From: an uncultured Actinomycetes bacterium
GTDB lineage: Bacteria; SZUA-79; Acidulodesulfobacterales; Acidulodesulfobacteraceae
Direction of reading: 5' to 3'
NCBI GenBank assembly: GCA_964631685.1
Contig: CAZVZU010000006.1
Coordinates: forward strand, 64,419 to 128,418
Length of the DNA: 64,000 nt
Position 1 is the first letter of the stretch; every line of letters begins with the position of its first letter. A program made the translations under genes and the position numbers. Shown one piece after another: positions 43,417 to 56,834 of this stretch. A model generated the notes under the pieces. The model saw only the letters and a program-made list of their open reading frames with translations, did not search any database and was not told the origin of the DNA.

Positions 43417-43917
43417 TTATATAAGCCCCCCTCTCTTAACCTTTTTTCTTGCATACTCCATTAATCCTCCTGCATTCACAAGTTCGGACATAAACTTAGG
43501 TATGGGTTTTGCTTTTATTACATTGTGTTTAGTTAAATTCTTAATCTCTCCGTTATCAGTATTTACTTCAAGCATATCCCCACTTTCTATACCATCCGTA
43601 TCTGCTTCCAAGATGAACAAGCCTATATTAAAGGAGTTTCTATAAAAAATTCTAGCAAAACTCTTTGCTATGACAACAGGAACACCGCTAATCTTAATTG
43701 CCCTCGGTGCGTGCTCTCTTGATGAACCGCATCCGAAATTATTTCCCGCAACTATAAAATCGTCCTTCGAAACGGTAGAGGAAAACGTGTCATCCGCATC
43801 CTCCATGCAGTGTTTTTTTAGATTATCATCTCTGGAATCATTTAAATATCTTGCCGGAATTATAGCATCCGTATCTATATTATCTTCAAACTTAAAAACC
43901 TTCCCCTTGAATATCAT
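43417..43917 (-). CDS. leuD: 3-isopropylmalate dehydratase small subunit (short type)
   Basis: DNIDTDAIIPARYL, NFGCGSSREHAP, SFARIFYRN. Confidence 0.93.
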   Translation of the reverse strand: MIFKGKVFKFEDNIDTDAIIPARYLNDSRDDNLKKHCMEDADDTFSSTVSKDDFIVAGNNFGCGSSREHAPRAIKISGVPVVIAKSFARIFYRNSFNIGLFILEADTDGIESGDMLEVNTDNGEIKNLTKHNVIKAKPIPKFMSELVNAGGLMEYARKKVKRGGLI

Positions 43918-43954
43918 AAAAGAAACCTCATTTTTTATTATTATGGTCGTTTAA

Positions 43955-45235
43955 CTACATTGCCTCATCAGGGCTCGCAATCTTACCAAGTATCGAAGAT
44001 GCCGCGCACACTGCGGGATTCGCAAGATACACCTCGCTTGTCACATCTCCCATCCTTCCTTTAAAATTTCTATTAGTAGAGGAAATAGCTCGTTCTCCGT
44101 CGGCCAAAATTCCCATATATCCACCAAGGCATGGTCCGCAGGTAGGGGTGCTTACAACACCGCCAGCATCCATAAATATATCTATTAGCCCTTCCTTCGC
44201 AGCCATTCTATAAATGTCATTCGTTGCCGGAATGACGATTAACCTAGTATACTTCGCAATTTTTTTCCCTTTTAGCACTTGGGCTGCTATTCTCAGGTCC
44301 TCTATTCTCCCGTTTGTGCAAGAACCGATCACGGATTGGTCTATCTTAATATTTTTGGCGGAAGCCTTGTCTATATCAATACTATTTTCAGGGAGATGAG
44401 GGAATGCAACTTGAGGACTTATTGCCTCGGTATCAAAATTTAAAACTTTATTATATTCCGCCCCCTCATCACTCTTATAAAATATATAATCTCTTTTTGC
44501 TCTTTCCTTAACATAGGATTCGGTAATCTCATCCGGTTCAAAAATTCCACTCTTGGCGCCGGCTTCTATAGCCATATTGGCTATTGTAAACCTATCAGAC
44601 ATACCCAGATGTTTAAACGTGTCTCCCGAAAATTCTAGTGCCATATAATTTGCCCCCTCAACACCGATATGTCTAATCAGATACAATACCAAATCTTTAC
44701 CGGAAACCCATTTTCCCGGTTTTCCGGTAAAGATCACTTTAATGGAAGCAGGAACTCTCAACCACAGCTCTCCAAAAGCAAAAGCATATGCCAAATCGGT
44801 TGAACCTACGCCCGTGGCAAATGCCCCCAATGCACCATATGTGCATGTATGGGAATCTGCACCGACTACAAGATCCCCGGGTAAAACAATTCCTTTTTCC
44901 GGTAATAACGCATGTTCTATCCCGGCCTCGCCACACTCAAAATAATGTTCGATATCATGTGCTTTGGCAAACTCCCTAACCATCTTAGCCTGTTTCGCGC
45001 TTAATATATCCTTATTAGGGACAAAATGATCTGGAACCAATACTATTTTGCGCCTGTCGAAGACCTTGTCTACCCCAATAGTTTCGAATTCATTGATTGC
45101 GATAGGGGCAGTTATATCGTTTCCCAATGCAATATCAACCCGCGCATTTACAATATCTCCTTGCTTTATGTAGTCTAAATCGGTATGACTTAGAATTATC
45201 TTCTCGGTAATAGTAAAAGGCCTTTTCATCCGCAC
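43955..45235 (-). CDS. leuC: 3-isopropylmalate dehydratase large subunit (short type)
   Basis: [32 protein letters not shown]. Confidence 0.93.
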   Translation of the reverse strand: MRMKRPFTITEKIILSHTDLDYIKQGDIVNARVDIALGNDITAPIAINEFETIGVDKVFDRRKIVLVPDHFVPNKDILSAKQAKMVREFAKAHDIEHYFECGEAGIEHALLPEKGIVLPGDLVVGADSHTCTYGALGAFATGVGSTDLAYAFAFGELWLRVPASIKVIFTGKPGKWVSGKDLVLYLIRHIGVEGANYMALEFSGDTFKHLGMSDRFTIANMAIEAGAKSGIFEPDEITESYVKERAKRDYIFYKSDEGAEYNKVLNFDTEAISPQVAFPHLPENSIDIDKASAKNIKIDQSVIGSCTNGRIEDLRIAAQVLKGKKIAKYTRLIVIPATNDIYRMAAKEGLIDIFMDAGGVVSTPTCGPCLGGYMGILADGERAISSTNRNFKGRMGDVTSEVYLANPAVCAASSILGKIASPDEAM

Positions 45236-45287
45236 TGTCTCCTCATTCTATATTTCTATTTATTTACTTATAAATTGCTATAAATCT

Positions 45288-46826
45288 TCATACAACCAGT
45301 TTTTTTGTATTGCCATTGTGAACATAAAGCTTATTTAAGGCATTTACATAAGCCTTTGCACTGGCAACTACAATATCCGTATGTGCGCTTCTCCCCATTA
45401 TGTTGACGCCATTTTCATCTATGGTAACGGAAACATCCCCTTGAGCCTCGGTAGTTCCCCTGATGGATTTTACTTCGTATCCTATAACCTTGGCATTTGA
45501 GTGAACAATTTTTTCTATTGCATTAATAACGGCGTCCACGGGACCATTACCACGGGAAGAATCATATTTTAACTCTCCATCAATCTTGACCCTTACCATA
45601 GATAGAGGGGTAACCGTATCTCCGCAAACAACATTAACATACTTAAGCTCATATTTTTCCAAAGGATGAGATTTCGCTATTAATGAATCAATATCTTCAT
45701 CGTATATATCTTTTTTTCTGTCGGATAACGCCTTGAATTTAACAAAGGCACCATCTATTTCTTTGTCATTTAATAAATATCCTAAGGATTCTAATTTTTC
45801 TTTAAAAGCATGTTTTCCCGAATGTTTACCCAGAACAAGATCATCCGACTGTCTTCCGACCTTCTCAGGCGTCATTATCTCATAGGTCGTCTTTTCCTTC
45901 AACACACCGTCTTGATGGATACCTGCCTCATGTGCAAATGCATTTTTGCCTACTATAGCCTTGTTCGGTTGGACGGATATGCCTGTTACATGCGTCAGAA
46001 GCTGAGACGACCTATATATCTCACTGGTATTAATGTCGGTAATTGCGTTGCATATGTCTTTTCTAACATCCAAAGCCATAACTATCTCTTCAAGTGACGC
46101 ATTTCCCGCGCGTTCACCAATACCGTTTATTGTGCACTCAACCTGATTAGCCCCCGCAAGAATAGCCGAAATAGAATTGGCAACCGCAAGGCCTAAATCA
46201 TTATGGCAATGGACACTCAGTATAACATTTTGAATTCCATCAACCTTGCCCTTTATTTTTTTTATAAAATCAAAAAACTCAAATGGGATAGCGTACCCAA
46301 CAGTGTCGGGGATATTTATCGTCGTAGCGCCGGCTTCTATAACACCCTCTACTACTTTGCATAAAAAATTAAAATCACTTCTTGATGCATCTTCTGCAGA
46401 AAACTCAACATTTTCAACAAATGTTTTAGCGTATCTAACCATATTGATTGCTTTTTCATACATATCTTCGCGGGACATCTTCAACTTATATTTAAGATGC
46501 AAATCGGATGTTGCAATAAATGTATGGATAACCGGCTTTTCGGAATATTTGACGGCTGAATATGCCCTATAAATATCCTTCTCGTTTGCTCTTGCAAGAC
46601 CGACAATTTCTACGCCTTTTATCTCTTTCGCTATGGCTTTTACTGCCTCAAAGTCGCCGTCAGATGCTATAGGAAATCCTGCTTCAATTGCATTAACACC
46701 AAGACGAGAAAGCTGACGGGCTAAATTTAATTTTTCTTCAATGTTCATGCTTGCGCCGGGGGACTGCTCCCCGTCTCTCAAGGTCGTATCGAATATCTTA
46801 ATTTTACTAATATTTTCACTATTCAT
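45288..46826 (-). CDS. leuA: 2-isopropylmalate synthase
   Basis: FDTTLRDGEQSPG, HCHNDLG, GERAGN, AHEAGIHQDG, regulatory domain GNGPVDA; start after GGAGG. Confidence 0.97.
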   Translation of the reverse strand: MNSENISKIKIFDTTLRDGEQSPGASMNIEEKLNLARQLSRLGVNAIEAGFPIASDGDFEAVKAIAKEIKGVEIVGLARANEKDIYRAYSAVKYSEKPVIHTFIATSDLHLKYKLKMSREDMYEKAINMVRYAKTFVENVEFSAEDASRSDFNFLCKVVEGVIEAGATTINIPDTVGYAIPFEFFDFIKKIKGKVDGIQNVILSVHCHNDLGLAVANSISAILAGANQVECTINGIGERAGNASLEEIVMALDVRKDICNAITDINTSEIYRSSQLLTHVTGISVQPNKAIVGKNAFAHEAGIHQDGVLKEKTTYEIMTPEKVGRQSDDLVLGKHSGKHAFKEKLESLGYLLNDKEIDGAFVKFKALSDRKKDIYDEDIDSLIAKSHPLEKYELKYVNVVCGDTVTPLSMVRVKIDGELKYDSSRGNGPVDAVINAIEKIVHSNAKVIGYEVKSIRGTTEAQGDVSVTIDENGVNIMGRSAHTDIVVASAKAYVNALNKLYVHNGNTKKLVV

Positions 46827-46932
46827 AAAGCCTCCAATAGCCTTATTTATCATACGTTTTTATCCTTTCTCATACTAACATTATCAACATAAAAATACAA
46901 TAGACGCAAAAGCAAAACGACAGATGTAAAAC

Positions 46933-46995
46933 AAATAAAGCAAAAGAAAGAATAAGGCGGTTGCTATAATGCCAAGTCCTTCTTTTGCTTTATTT
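46933..46995. repeat. Perfect 16-bp inverted repeat (long hairpin) in the ilvC-leuA intergenic region
   Basis: AAATAAAGCAAAAGAA (46933-46948) / TTCTTTTGCTTTATTT (46980-46995). Confidence 0.85.
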
Positions 46996-47045
46996 TCATA
47001 CTATCTAAACATCCCCGTTTGATCGCAAGGACATGAATTACCTAA

Positions 47046-48580
<1,535 letters not shown>

Positions 48581-48606
48581 AATTATTTAATCCTTAATTT
48601 TTTAAC

Positions 48607-50325
48607 TTAGACTAATAACATGCCTGTAATCGGAGCTCCAGGAACAACCATAGGATAAACACCTTCCTCCCTGTCTACGACAAAATCCATTACAACAGGT
48701 TTTTTTATGGACAATGCTTCCTCAAGAACGCCTTGTACCTCCTCCGGTTTAGTCGCCCTTAAACCGACGGCGCCATAAGCCTCGGCAAGCTTTACGAAAT
48801 CAGGGTTCACATTCATTTCCGAAAAAGAATATCTCTTTTTATAGAATAGTTCCTGCCATTGTCTTATCATGCCCAGAAAACTATTATTGACTATTGCAAT
48901 CTTAACGGGCAGATTATATTGAACGGCGGTAGCCAGTTCCTGGATGTTCATTTGAATACTGCCATCCCCTGCAATATCAAAAACCACCTTATCTGGACAT
49001 GCCATCTGGGCACCTATAGCTGCCGGAAATCCGTAACCCATGGTGCCAAGACCCCCTGATGTTAAAAATGTCCTAGGGCTATTAAATTTATAAAATTGCG
49101 CCGTCCACATCTGGTTTTGACCGACCTCTGTCGCGATGATCGCCGAACCTTTTGTAAGTTCATATATCTTTTCGATAACGTACTGCGGCTTAATTATATC
49201 GTTTGTTTTATATGAGAGTGGATGTTCATACTTCCACATATTAATATCTTCAAGCCATTTAAGCCTCTCATGTCCTGCACCAACAATCTCTTTGGATTTT
49301 GCACCTAGCATCTCCAAAAGACTGCGTAATACCGCCTTAACATCCCCCACAACCGGTATATCTATTTTTACATTCTTACCTATAGATGAAGGGTCAATAT
49401 CTATGTGGGCAAACTTTGCATTTCTGCCAAACTCTTCGACCTTGCCCGTAACCCTATCATCGAACCTTGCTCCTATAGCTATTATGAAGTCGGCATTGGA
49501 TATTGCCATATTTGCAGCATAAGTGCCATGCATCCCAAGCATTCCGAAAAATAGCGAATGGTTTGATGGAAATCCGCCTAATCCCATTAATGTTGATGTA
49601 ATCGGTAAGTCAAGAAGCTCTGCAAATTCTTTAAGTTCGGAGCTGGCATTGGAACTGATAACGCCGCCGCCAATATAAAGCAGGGGCTTCTTCGCGCTCA
49701 AAAGCTCTTTGACAACCTTGGAAAGTTGAATATGATGCCCGAAGTATGTCGGACTGTAACCCCTGAGCTCTACGCTTTCCGGATAATCGAATTTACACAC
49801 ACTAGACGTAATATCCTTAGGAATATCTATTAACACAGGACCCGGTCTTCCTGTAGAAGCAATATAAAAAGCCTCTTTAATAATCCTTGCAAGATCTTTT
49901 ACATCTTTGACAAGATAATTATGCTTTGTGCAAGGCCTCGTTATACCTACAGTATCGGCCTCCTGAAATGCATCATTCCCTATTAAATTAGTCGGAACCT
50001 GACCGGTCAAAATAACCATCGGTATGGAATCCATATACGCCGTTGCAATGCCGGTTATTGTGTTGGTAGCGCCGGGCCCAGATGTTACAAGAACAACACC
50101 CGCTTTTCCCGATGCCCTTGCATAACCGTCTGCCGCATGAGCCGCACCCTGTTCGTGCCTGACGAGCACATGCTTTATTTTATCCCTATAATTAAAAAGT
50201 TCATCATATATGTTTAATACCGCTCCTCCCGGATAACCAAATATAACCTCAACACCTTCCTTGATTAAACTCTCAATAATTATCTTTGAACCTGTCATTA
50301 CCTCTTCTTTGTTATCGGGCTTCAC
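48607..50325 (-). CDS. ilvB: Acetolactate synthase large subunit
   Basis: [36 protein letters not shown] motif. Confidence 0.97.
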   Translation of the reverse strand: MKPDNKEEVMTGSKIIIESLIKEGVEVIFGYPGGAVLNIYDELFNYRDKIKHVLVRHEQGAAHAADGYARASGKAGVVLVTSGPGATNTITGIATAYMDSIPMVILTGQVPTNLIGNDAFQEADTVGITRPCTKHNYLVKDVKDLARIIKEAFYIASTGRPGPVLIDIPKDITSSVCKFDYPESVELRGYSPTYFGHHIQLSKVVKELLSAKKPLLYIGGGVISSNASSELKEFAELLDLPITSTLMGLGGFPSNHSLFFGMLGMHGTYAANMAISNADFIIAIGARFDDRVTGKVEEFGRNAKFAHIDIDPSSIGKNVKIDIPVVGDVKAVLRSLLEMLGAKSKEIVGAGHERLKWLEDINMWKYEHPLSYKTNDIIKPQYVIEKIYELTKGSAIIATEVGQNQMWTAQFYKFNSPRTFLTSGGLGTMGYGFPAAIGAQMACPDKVVFDIAGDGSIQMNIQELATAVQYNLPVKIAIVNNSFLGMIRQWQELFYKKRYSFSEMNVNPDFVKLAEAYGAVGLRATKPEEVQGVLEEALSIKKPVVMDFVVDREEGVYPMVVPGAPITGMLLV

Positions 50326-51998
50326 TTTTTTATTCCCCTATTTAATATTGCTCCTTCGTCCGCCGAAGAAACCATATCGACGTATCTTGATAGGTAACCA
50401 TAATCTATTTTTTTTGCCCTTTTAGAAAACTTAGACCTTCTGTTATTCAACTCATCATCATCTATAAGCACGTTAAGTGTTCTTGCAGGTATATCTATCT
50501 CGATTTTATCGCCATTATTTATTAAAGCAATGGGGCCTCCTTCCTGCGCCTCCGGGGAAATATGCCCTATACACGGACCGCGAGTTCCACCAGAAAAACG
50601 TCCGTCGGTAATCAGTGCCACTTTATCACCAAGACCCATACCGACTATCTGTGATGTTGGAGCAAGCATTTCTCTCATTCCGGGGCCGCCCTTCGGGCCT
50701 TCATATCTTATAACAACAACATCTCCCTCTTTAATCCTTCCGCTTGAAATATCTTTCATGGCTAATTCCTCACTATCAAACACTACCGCACTCCCTGTAA
50801 ACCGCATGGTATCGGGATTTACGCCACTTGCTTTGATAATTGCACCATTTGGAGCCAAATTGCCGAAAAGAACGGCAATACCACCTTCATTCCTATATGG
50901 ATTATCAATCTTTCTTATTACCTCATTATCCACATAATTGACATTGGATATTATCTGCTTTGTGCTACCGCCACAAACGGTGACACGACTGTCATGGATA
51001 ATAGTTCTTAACTCATACAATACAGCAGGTATCCCACCTGCAAAATCTAAATCCTCAAGAAAATGCTCTCCAACGGGTCTCAAATTAGTAAGCTGAGGAG
51101 TTTTCTTTGAAATAGCATCAAAGAGTTTTAGGTCCAGTTTTACGCCCGCTTCATTTGCAATAGCCAATAAATGCAGAACGGAATTAGATGAACCGCCCAA
51201 TGCCATATCAACTGCTACGGCATTTTTAAAAGCATCCAATGTTACAATATCTCTTGGAAGCACATTTTCTTTTATAAGATCAACTATCCTAGCACCACTT
51301 TCAAAAGCCATTCGTTTTTTTATTGCAGAACCCGCAAGCGCTGTTCCCACTCCGGGCAAAGACATACCCATAACCTCCGTCAAGCAAGCCATGGTATTTG
51401 CTGTATATAACCCTTGACACGACCCCTGTCCGGGGCAAGCGCACATTTCCAAATCTGATAATTCCTGCTCATCAATATTATTTATTCTGTATTGCGCCAC
51501 CGCCTCAAATGTATCCCTAACAAATGAAAGCCGCCTCTTTTTATGATGACCGGATCGCATAGGACCAGCAGTAACAATAATTGACGGTATGTTTAAACGC
51601 AAAGCGGCCATAAGCATTCCGGGTGTAATCTTGTCGCAGTTGGTTAAGAGAACAAGCCCATCAAGACAATGTGCCTCCGCAATGGTTTCCACCATGTCGG
51701 CTATAAGCTCACGTGAAGGAAGCGAATAGTGCATACCGCGATGCCCCATAGCAATCCCATCGCAAATCCCGGGGATACCAAAAACAAATGGATGCCCACC
51801 ATTGCTGTATATACCGTTTTCGACAGACCTTTCTAAATCTCTTATACCGACATGTCCCGGAATCAAATCTGTAAAACTTGATGCAATACCAATAAAGGGT
51901 TTTTTCATCTCACTTTTAGCTATACCCGTTGCATAAAGTAGCGATCTGTGAGGAACTCTATCTACGCCTTCTTTAATATTTTCGCTTTTCATAAACAC
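50322..51998 (-). CDS. ilvD: Dihydroxy-acid dehydratase
   Basis: [44 protein letters not shown]. Confidence 0.97.
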   Translation of the reverse strand: MFMKSENIKEGVDRVPHRSLLYATGIAKSEMKKPFIGIASSFTDLIPGHVGIRDLERSVENGIYSNGGHPFVFGIPGICDGIAMGHRGMHYSLPSRELIADMVETIAEAHCLDGLVLLTNCDKITPGMLMAALRLNIPSIIVTAGPMRSGHHKKRRLSFVRDTFEAVAQYRINNIDEQELSDLEMCACPGQGSCQGLYTANTMACLTEVMGMSLPGVGTALAGSAIKKRMAFESGARIVDLIKENVLPRDIVTLDAFKNAVAVDMALGGSSNSVLHLLAIANEAGVKLDLKLFDAISKKTPQLTNLRPVGEHFLEDLDFAGGIPAVLYELRTIIHDSRVTVCGGSTKQIISNVNYVDNEVIRKIDNPYRNEGGIAVLFGNLAPNGAIIKASGVNPDTMRFTGSAVVFDSEELAMKDISSGRIKEGDVVVIRYEGPKGGPGMREMLAPTSQIVGMGLGDKVALITDGRFSGGTRGPCIGHISPEAQEGGPIALINNGDKIEIDIPARTLNVLIDDDELNNRRSKFSKRAKKIDYGYLSRYVDMVSSADEGAILNRGIKK

Positions 51999-52097
51999 AT
52001 ACCCCGCTTGTTATTATAATATTTTAAACTAATAAAATTTACAACCTGTCTGCAAGCATAAACCGCTATAACATTATAATATTTCAAACTAAATAAA

Positions 52098-52337
52098 TTA
52101 AGATTTAATAGAGATCTTTTCTTTTATTATTTTTTTCATCGTATCGTTCCCGAAAAGCTTTTTTAATTTAAGCTCCTTAATATCCTTTTGTTCCTCGGGT
52201 GTTAAAAATGGTTTAGTACTGTATTTGTTTAATAATTTATCTATCTCCACATGTTCACGGTATATCTTCTGAAAATTTTGGTCCGATTCAATAAGCGAGT
52301 CAGCCACTTTTTTTTCGGTCTCATCTAGAAATTGCAT
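52098..52337 (-). CDS. Small YdcH/DUF465-like coiled-coil protein
   Basis: F.K.Y.EH..ID..L...FLTPEE...LK.KKL; SD AAGGAGG before ATG 52337. Confidence 0.7.
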   Translation of the reverse strand: MQFLDETEKKVADSLIESDQNFQKIYREHVEIDKLLNKYSTKPFLTPEEQKDIKELKLKKLFGNDTMKKIIKEKISIKS

Positions 52338-52429
52338 GAATAAAACCTCCTTTTGCAACTATAATATTAATGTTATTAAATTATACCCCAATATTCACAA
52401 TAGTTTCTTTGCAAAAGTATACGATAGGC

Positions 52430-53122
52430 TCAAAACGGTCCATCGCTGTAGACGTAACGAGGGGAAAGCTCCTCAATATATTGCAAATTGTGCCCTATTC
52501 CCTTTACTAACGCGTACTTAGCCGTATAATACGGTACTTTATCTAAAGAAAACTGATTTAGTGATGTAATGTCGTTGAGTTCGTTCCTGAGTCTATGATA
52601 CCCGTCTTTTCCGTTACATCCATAAACAGTAGTTGAAACAGCATCTAATCCTGATATAAATGACTTAAGTTCTTCTAAATTAAACTGAGCAGCATTGGCA
52701 TATTCGACAAGCTCCCCTTTTTTCAACATAAAAACGGATGCGTAATAACTATTTTTTTTTATTGTATCTTTTATGGTTACTATATATTTAGAGGCTAAAT
52801 TATTTTTTAAAAAAGGGTAAGCGAAAATAAATAAACTTCCCAGCCCGATTATATTTAAACCGAGACAAAATGAAAGCGTTTTAGCTATAGTGACTGAAAC
52901 CCTAACACCCGTGAATGAACCTGGACCCAACGAAACCGCAATTCCGTTTAAATCATTTAGTTTAAGACCGGCAATCGACAACATTTTATCTATTTGATCA
53001 AAAATAACGACGGAATGATTCTCATGAAATCCAGAAACCGATTCGGCAATCACATCGAAATTTTCGTCCATTATCAATGCATTTGAATATCTATTCGAAC
53101 TATCGATAGATAAGATAGGCAT
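52430..53122 (-). CDS. tsaB: tRNA t6A37 biosynthesis protein TsaB
   Basis: ILSIDSS, HS, IAVSLGPGSFTGVR, C-terminal PRY. Confidence 0.9.
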   Translation of the reverse strand: MPILSIDSSNRYSNALIMDENFDVIAESVSGFHENHSVVIFDQIDKMLSIAGLKLNDLNGIAVSLGPGSFTGVRVSVTIAKTLSFCLGLNIIGLGSLFIFAYPFLKNNLASKYIVTIKDTIKKNSYYASVFMLKKGELVEYANAAQFNLEELKSFISGLDAVSTTVYGCNGKDGYHRLRNELNDITSLNQFSLDKVPYYTAKYALVKGIGHNLQYIEELSPRYVYSDGPF

Positions 53123-53125
53123 AAG

Positions 53126-54208
53126 TTATGTCTTTATCGTTCTAATAATGTCGTTATAAGAAACAAACAGCAAAAGCAAAATTAACAGTGCAAAACCGAC
53201 CTTAGCAGCCGTTTCCTGAAATCTGAGACTCAAGGGCTTCCCTTTTATCATCTCAATAATCGAGAATAGCAGATGACCGCCATCGAGAGCCGGTATCGGA
53301 AACAGATTCACCAGCCCTATGTTAACACTGATAAATGCTATAAAATAAAAAAAATCTGAAATCCCCATGCTCGCTGCCCTTCCGGAAAGCTGAGCTATCA
53401 TTATGGGGCCGCCCAAATCGCTCGCGGGAAGCTTCCCTGCAATGAGGTAAAAAAGGCTTACCATTGTAATGTAAATCACGAACCAGACCTCTTTGAGCGC
53501 AGAATAGAAGGAAGTTAATATCCCGCTATGCCTATAATAAACCGCCTTTTTGGAAGGATAAATGCCAATAACATATCGCTTTGCTTTTTGATTTAAGATA
53601 CTCATACTGGAGATTAACGCAGGCTTTAACTTAACAAAATAATTTCTGTTGCCTTCTTTGACACCAATGGTTATAGTGTTTTTACCGAATTTTTGAATGT
53701 ATTCCGCCAGGGACTTCCACGATTTTACCTTTATGCCGTTAATCTGGGTTATAGTATCGCCTTTTTTAAGCCCGGCTTTTATAGCCGGACGACCTTTAAT
53801 TAAACCGCCGATAACCGGTTTTAAAACAGGTCTTCCCATCATAAATATCACAACAAATATGACAGCGGCTAAAACAAAATTAAAAAAGGGACCGAAGAAT
53901 ATAATTAAAAACTTCTTATACGGGGGCAATTTACTGTATGAACGATTCGCATCCTCAGGGGGCAATTCTTCCGAGGGGTCCTCCCCAAGTAGCTTCACGT
54001 ACCCGCCAAGCGGAAAAGCCGATACGACATATTCGGTCTCACCTATTTTTTTTCCGAATATTTTTGGACCGAAGCCCAATGAAAACTTCTCTACCTTAAC
54101 ACCTAATTTTTTCGCTACGATAAAATGTCCAAACTCATGTATTAAAACAATAACACTGATAACAATGAGAAAGGCGACTACATCATAGAAGATTCCGTTA
54201 ATCACCAT
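53126..54208 (-). CDS. rseP: RIP metalloprotease RseP
   Basis: HEFGH, FSLGFGP, PLGGYV, single PDZ, NLFPIPALDGGH. Confidence 0.96.
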   Translation of the reverse strand: MVINGIFYDVVAFLIVISVIVLIHEFGHFIVAKKLGVKVEKFSLGFGPKIFGKKIGETEYVVSAFPLGGYVKLLGEDPSEELPPEDANRSYSKLPPYKKFLIIFFGPFFNFVLAAVIFVVIFMMGRPVLKPVIGGLIKGRPAIKAGLKKGDTITQINGIKVKSWKSLAEYIQKFGKNTITIGVKEGNRNYFVKLKPALISSMSILNQKAKRYVIGIYPSKKAVYYRHSGILTSFYSALKEVWFVIYITMVSLFYLIAGKLPASDLGGPIMIAQLSGRAASMGISDFFYFIAFISVNIGLVNLFPIPALDGGHLLFSIIEMIKGKPLSLRFQETAAKVGFALLILLLLFVSYNDIIRTIKT

Positions 54209-54311
54209 GTATTTATATATAGTTACCCTTTACCTATTTATTTTATATATTCTTTTCCACACATCCTGCATTTGGAAACAGCATAATCCAATAACCAAGC
54301 CTACGCGTTTA

Positions 54312-54340
54312 ATTATAATTTTTTTTACCGCAAAGTGCAA
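54312..54340 (-). promoter_or_regulatory. Sigma70-type promoter upstream of rseP
   Basis: TTGCAC-17nt-TATAAT on the minus strand. Confidence 0.6.
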
Positions 54341-54381
54341 TTAAATTTTTCAATATAATATTTAACCGCTTTTTATCCGTT

Positions 54382-56811
54382 TCAACCCCTGATTGTAACT
54401 CCAAAACGGCTATTAAGCTCTTTTATTAGGTTATCCCGCAATAAGTTTACTTCTTCCATTGTTAATGTTCTATTGCTTTTTACCGCATCATATCTTATTA
54501 GGAATGATACTTTATCTCTATCTATTTGTTTACCCTTGTAAATATCCGCTAACCTGACATTCGTAATTAACTCGGAAAATCCATTAATATATTTTTCTAT
54601 ATTTCCGTATTCTATATTTGAATCCGCAATAATGGAAATATCTTGTTCTATTTCCGGATATTTAGACAATGGAACAAAAGTCTTCTTTAGGGATACAAAT
54701 TGTTTAATGTAGTCTATGTCTATATTGAAAACAAACGTCTTATATTCTATCTTGAACTCTTCCAATATCTCTCTCTTTATCTCGCCAATGGTACCAGCTT
54801 TTTTCTTTCCCAATAAAATTTCCGAGGCCCTGCTACTATCAAATATGTGGTGATTATCTATTTGTGAATAAACAATTTTTTTCAAACCCAACTCTTTAAA
54901 TAAAAACTCTACCACACCCTTGCCGGAATAAAATTCCGTTTCCTGTCTGTCTAGCTTTATTCCGCTCATTAGCAGCCCACACAAAACATTTTGCTCCAAA
55001 ACAGGATAATCGCCTGAAGGTTCATCCATATAAATCTTGCCAATCTCAAATATCTTAATTTTTTTATGTTTTTTTAAATTTTGAGATAAAACTTTTAGAT
55101 TGCCGGGAATTAAGCTCGTCCTGAAGTATGCATAATCTTTTGAAATAGGATTCTTTAATTGCAAAATTTTATCCTCTTTACTGCCCGATATCTTAGATTC
55201 TAAATCTCCAACTAATGACGAGTTAATTACCTCGATAAAACCGTTATATCTTAACAAATTTTTAATCAGCTTAGATGTTTCATAATTCAAATTTTTCGCA
55301 GGGGGATTCAAAATACCGTAAGGAATTGAGGATTTAATATTTTCATAGCCATATATCCTAAAAACATCCTCATAAATATTCACTTTATCGGTTATATCAT
55401 TTCTAAAATAAGGCGGAACGGCTTCAAATTTATCTTCGTTCATGTCGGACGTTAACTCATTAACGACGTATCCGAGTTTAGACAGTATCGTTAATACCTT
55501 GTCTTTTTTAAATGTTTCACCAAAAAATTCAAATAAATCTCTGAATTGTATTGAATAACTCCGGGGTTTTTCTATTTCTTGCATATTGTAAGCGTAGCAT
55601 TCTATCTTGGCATCCGGAATATATTTTTCAATCAAATATATAAATCTCTTAATTCCAAAAACAGCAGACAAAGGATGCAGTCCTTTTTCGAATCTTGTTG
55701 ATGCATCCGTTCTGAGGGAAAGTCTTCTTGAAGTCTGCCTGATGCTTGACATATCGAAATTTGCGGACTCAACAATTATAGAATTAGAATTTTCGTCTAT
55801 TTCACTGTTTAAAGACCCCATGATACCTGCAAGCGCTACTATCTTTTGACCGCTTTCTATGACAATGTCCCTATTTGACAACCTTCTTTCTTTGCCGTCT
55901 ATCGTAACAATAGACTCCCCGTCGTTAGCCAATCTGGCATTTATTGCCTCTCCGCCTAACTTTTTTTCATCAAAAGCATGTAGTGGCTGTGATGTTTCGA
56001 GCATGACTATATTTGTCAAATCCACAACATTATTAATGGGCCTAACTCCGCTTTTAATAAGCTTGTTTTGGATATCCCGGCTCGATTCACTAATTTTTAT
56101 ATTACTAATCTTAACAGCAATGTAAGCCTTAATTAAATCCTTATCCTTAACATCAACGATTAGTCTATTATTTTTCTTTTGCGATTTGTTGACACTTCCG
56201 GAGATAATCTTTATATCTTCGTATATTTCGGGCAAGGCAATTTTTTTACCCAGAATGGCGGATAACTCATATGCGAAGCCTATTATGCCGAATAAATCCG
56301 GTCTATTAGGCTCTAGGTCAAACTCTAAAATGGTATCTTCAAGATCAAGGATATCATACAATGTCTTGCCGATCTCCATATTTGGAAATTTCACAATACC
56401 GGACATATTTAATTGAAAACCAATATCCTTTTCAGAACAAAATGCAGCCTCAGAAATCATCCCGAAAATGGATTTGTCCCTTATTTTTAGTCCGCTCTCA
56501 AAGACAGTACCTTTTGTCGCTATCAAGGGTTTCTCTCCAATCTTAATATTAAGACCCGCCTTTGTGAAAACTATCCTTTTTGTTCCGATGGTTTCGCCAC
56601 CATAGACCTCCGCAATGCCAAACTTGTCATTTGATGGATGTTCATCAATAGATCTTATCTCTCCGACTACAACATGCTTAAAAGACGTTTTCCGGAAATA
56701 GGATATGACCTTTTCAACCTCCATAGTCCTATTATTAAAAAGGCTCGCTACCTTTTCACTATCCGTATTGAAATTGACAAACTCTTTCAACCACTTTAAG
56801 CTAACCTTCAA
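54382..56811 (-). CDS. pheT: Phenylalanine-tRNA ligase beta subunit (divergent)
   Basis: MKVSLKWLKEFV, EPNRPD, RPINNVVDLTN...QPLHAFD, TDASTRFEKG, PPYFRND, NPIS, FEIG, SKYP; TTG start after AAGGAGGT. Confidence 0.93.
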   Translation of the reverse strand: MKVSLKWLKEFVNFNTDSEKVASLFNNRTMEVEKVISYFRKTSFKHVVVGEIRSIDEHPSNDKFGIAEVYGGETIGTKRIVFTKAGLNIKIGEKPLIATKGTVFESGLKIRDKSIFGMISEAAFCSEKDIGFQLNMSGIVKFPNMEIGKTLYDILDLEDTILEFDLEPNRPDLFGIIGFAYELSAILGKKIALPEIYEDIKIISGSVNKSQKKNNRLIVDVKDKDLIKAYIAVKISNIKISESSRDIQNKLIKSGVRPINNVVDLTNIVMLETSQPLHAFDEKKLGGEAINARLANDGESIVTIDGKERRLSNRDIVIESGQKIVALAGIMGSLNSEIDENSNSIIVESANFDMSSIRQTSRRLSLRTDASTRFEKGLHPLSAVFGIKRFIYLIEKYIPDAKIECYAYNMQEIEKPRSYSIQFRDLFEFFGETFKKDKVLTILSKLGYVVNELTSDMNEDKFEAVPPYFRNDITDKVNIYEDVFRIYGYENIKSSIPYGILNPPAKNLNYETSKLIKNLLRYNGFIEVINSSLVGDLESKISGSKEDKILQLKNPISKDYAYFRTSLIPGNLKVLSQNLKKHKKIKIFEIGKIYMDEPSGDYPVLEQNVLCGLLMSGIKLDRQETEFYSGKGVVEFLFKELGLKKIVYSQIDNHHIFDSSRASEILLGKKKAGTIGEIKREILEEFKIEYKTFVFNIDIDYIKQFVSLKKTFVPLSKYPEIEQDISIIADSNIEYGNIEKYINGFSELITNVRLADIYKGKQIDRDKVSFLIRYDAVKSNRTLTMEEVNLLRDNLIKELNSRFGVTIRG

Positions 56812-56834
56812 TGCCCTACCTCCTTAAAATTAAA

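Noticed and set aside
46885..47012. Hydrophobic minus-strand reading (..AKEGLGIIATALFFLLL..) as a relic of psd, which sits between ilvC and leuA in some Deltaproteobacteria
   Set aside because: Interrupted by a stop, similarity is only a few residues, and the T-rich hairpin arm explains the hydrophobicity.
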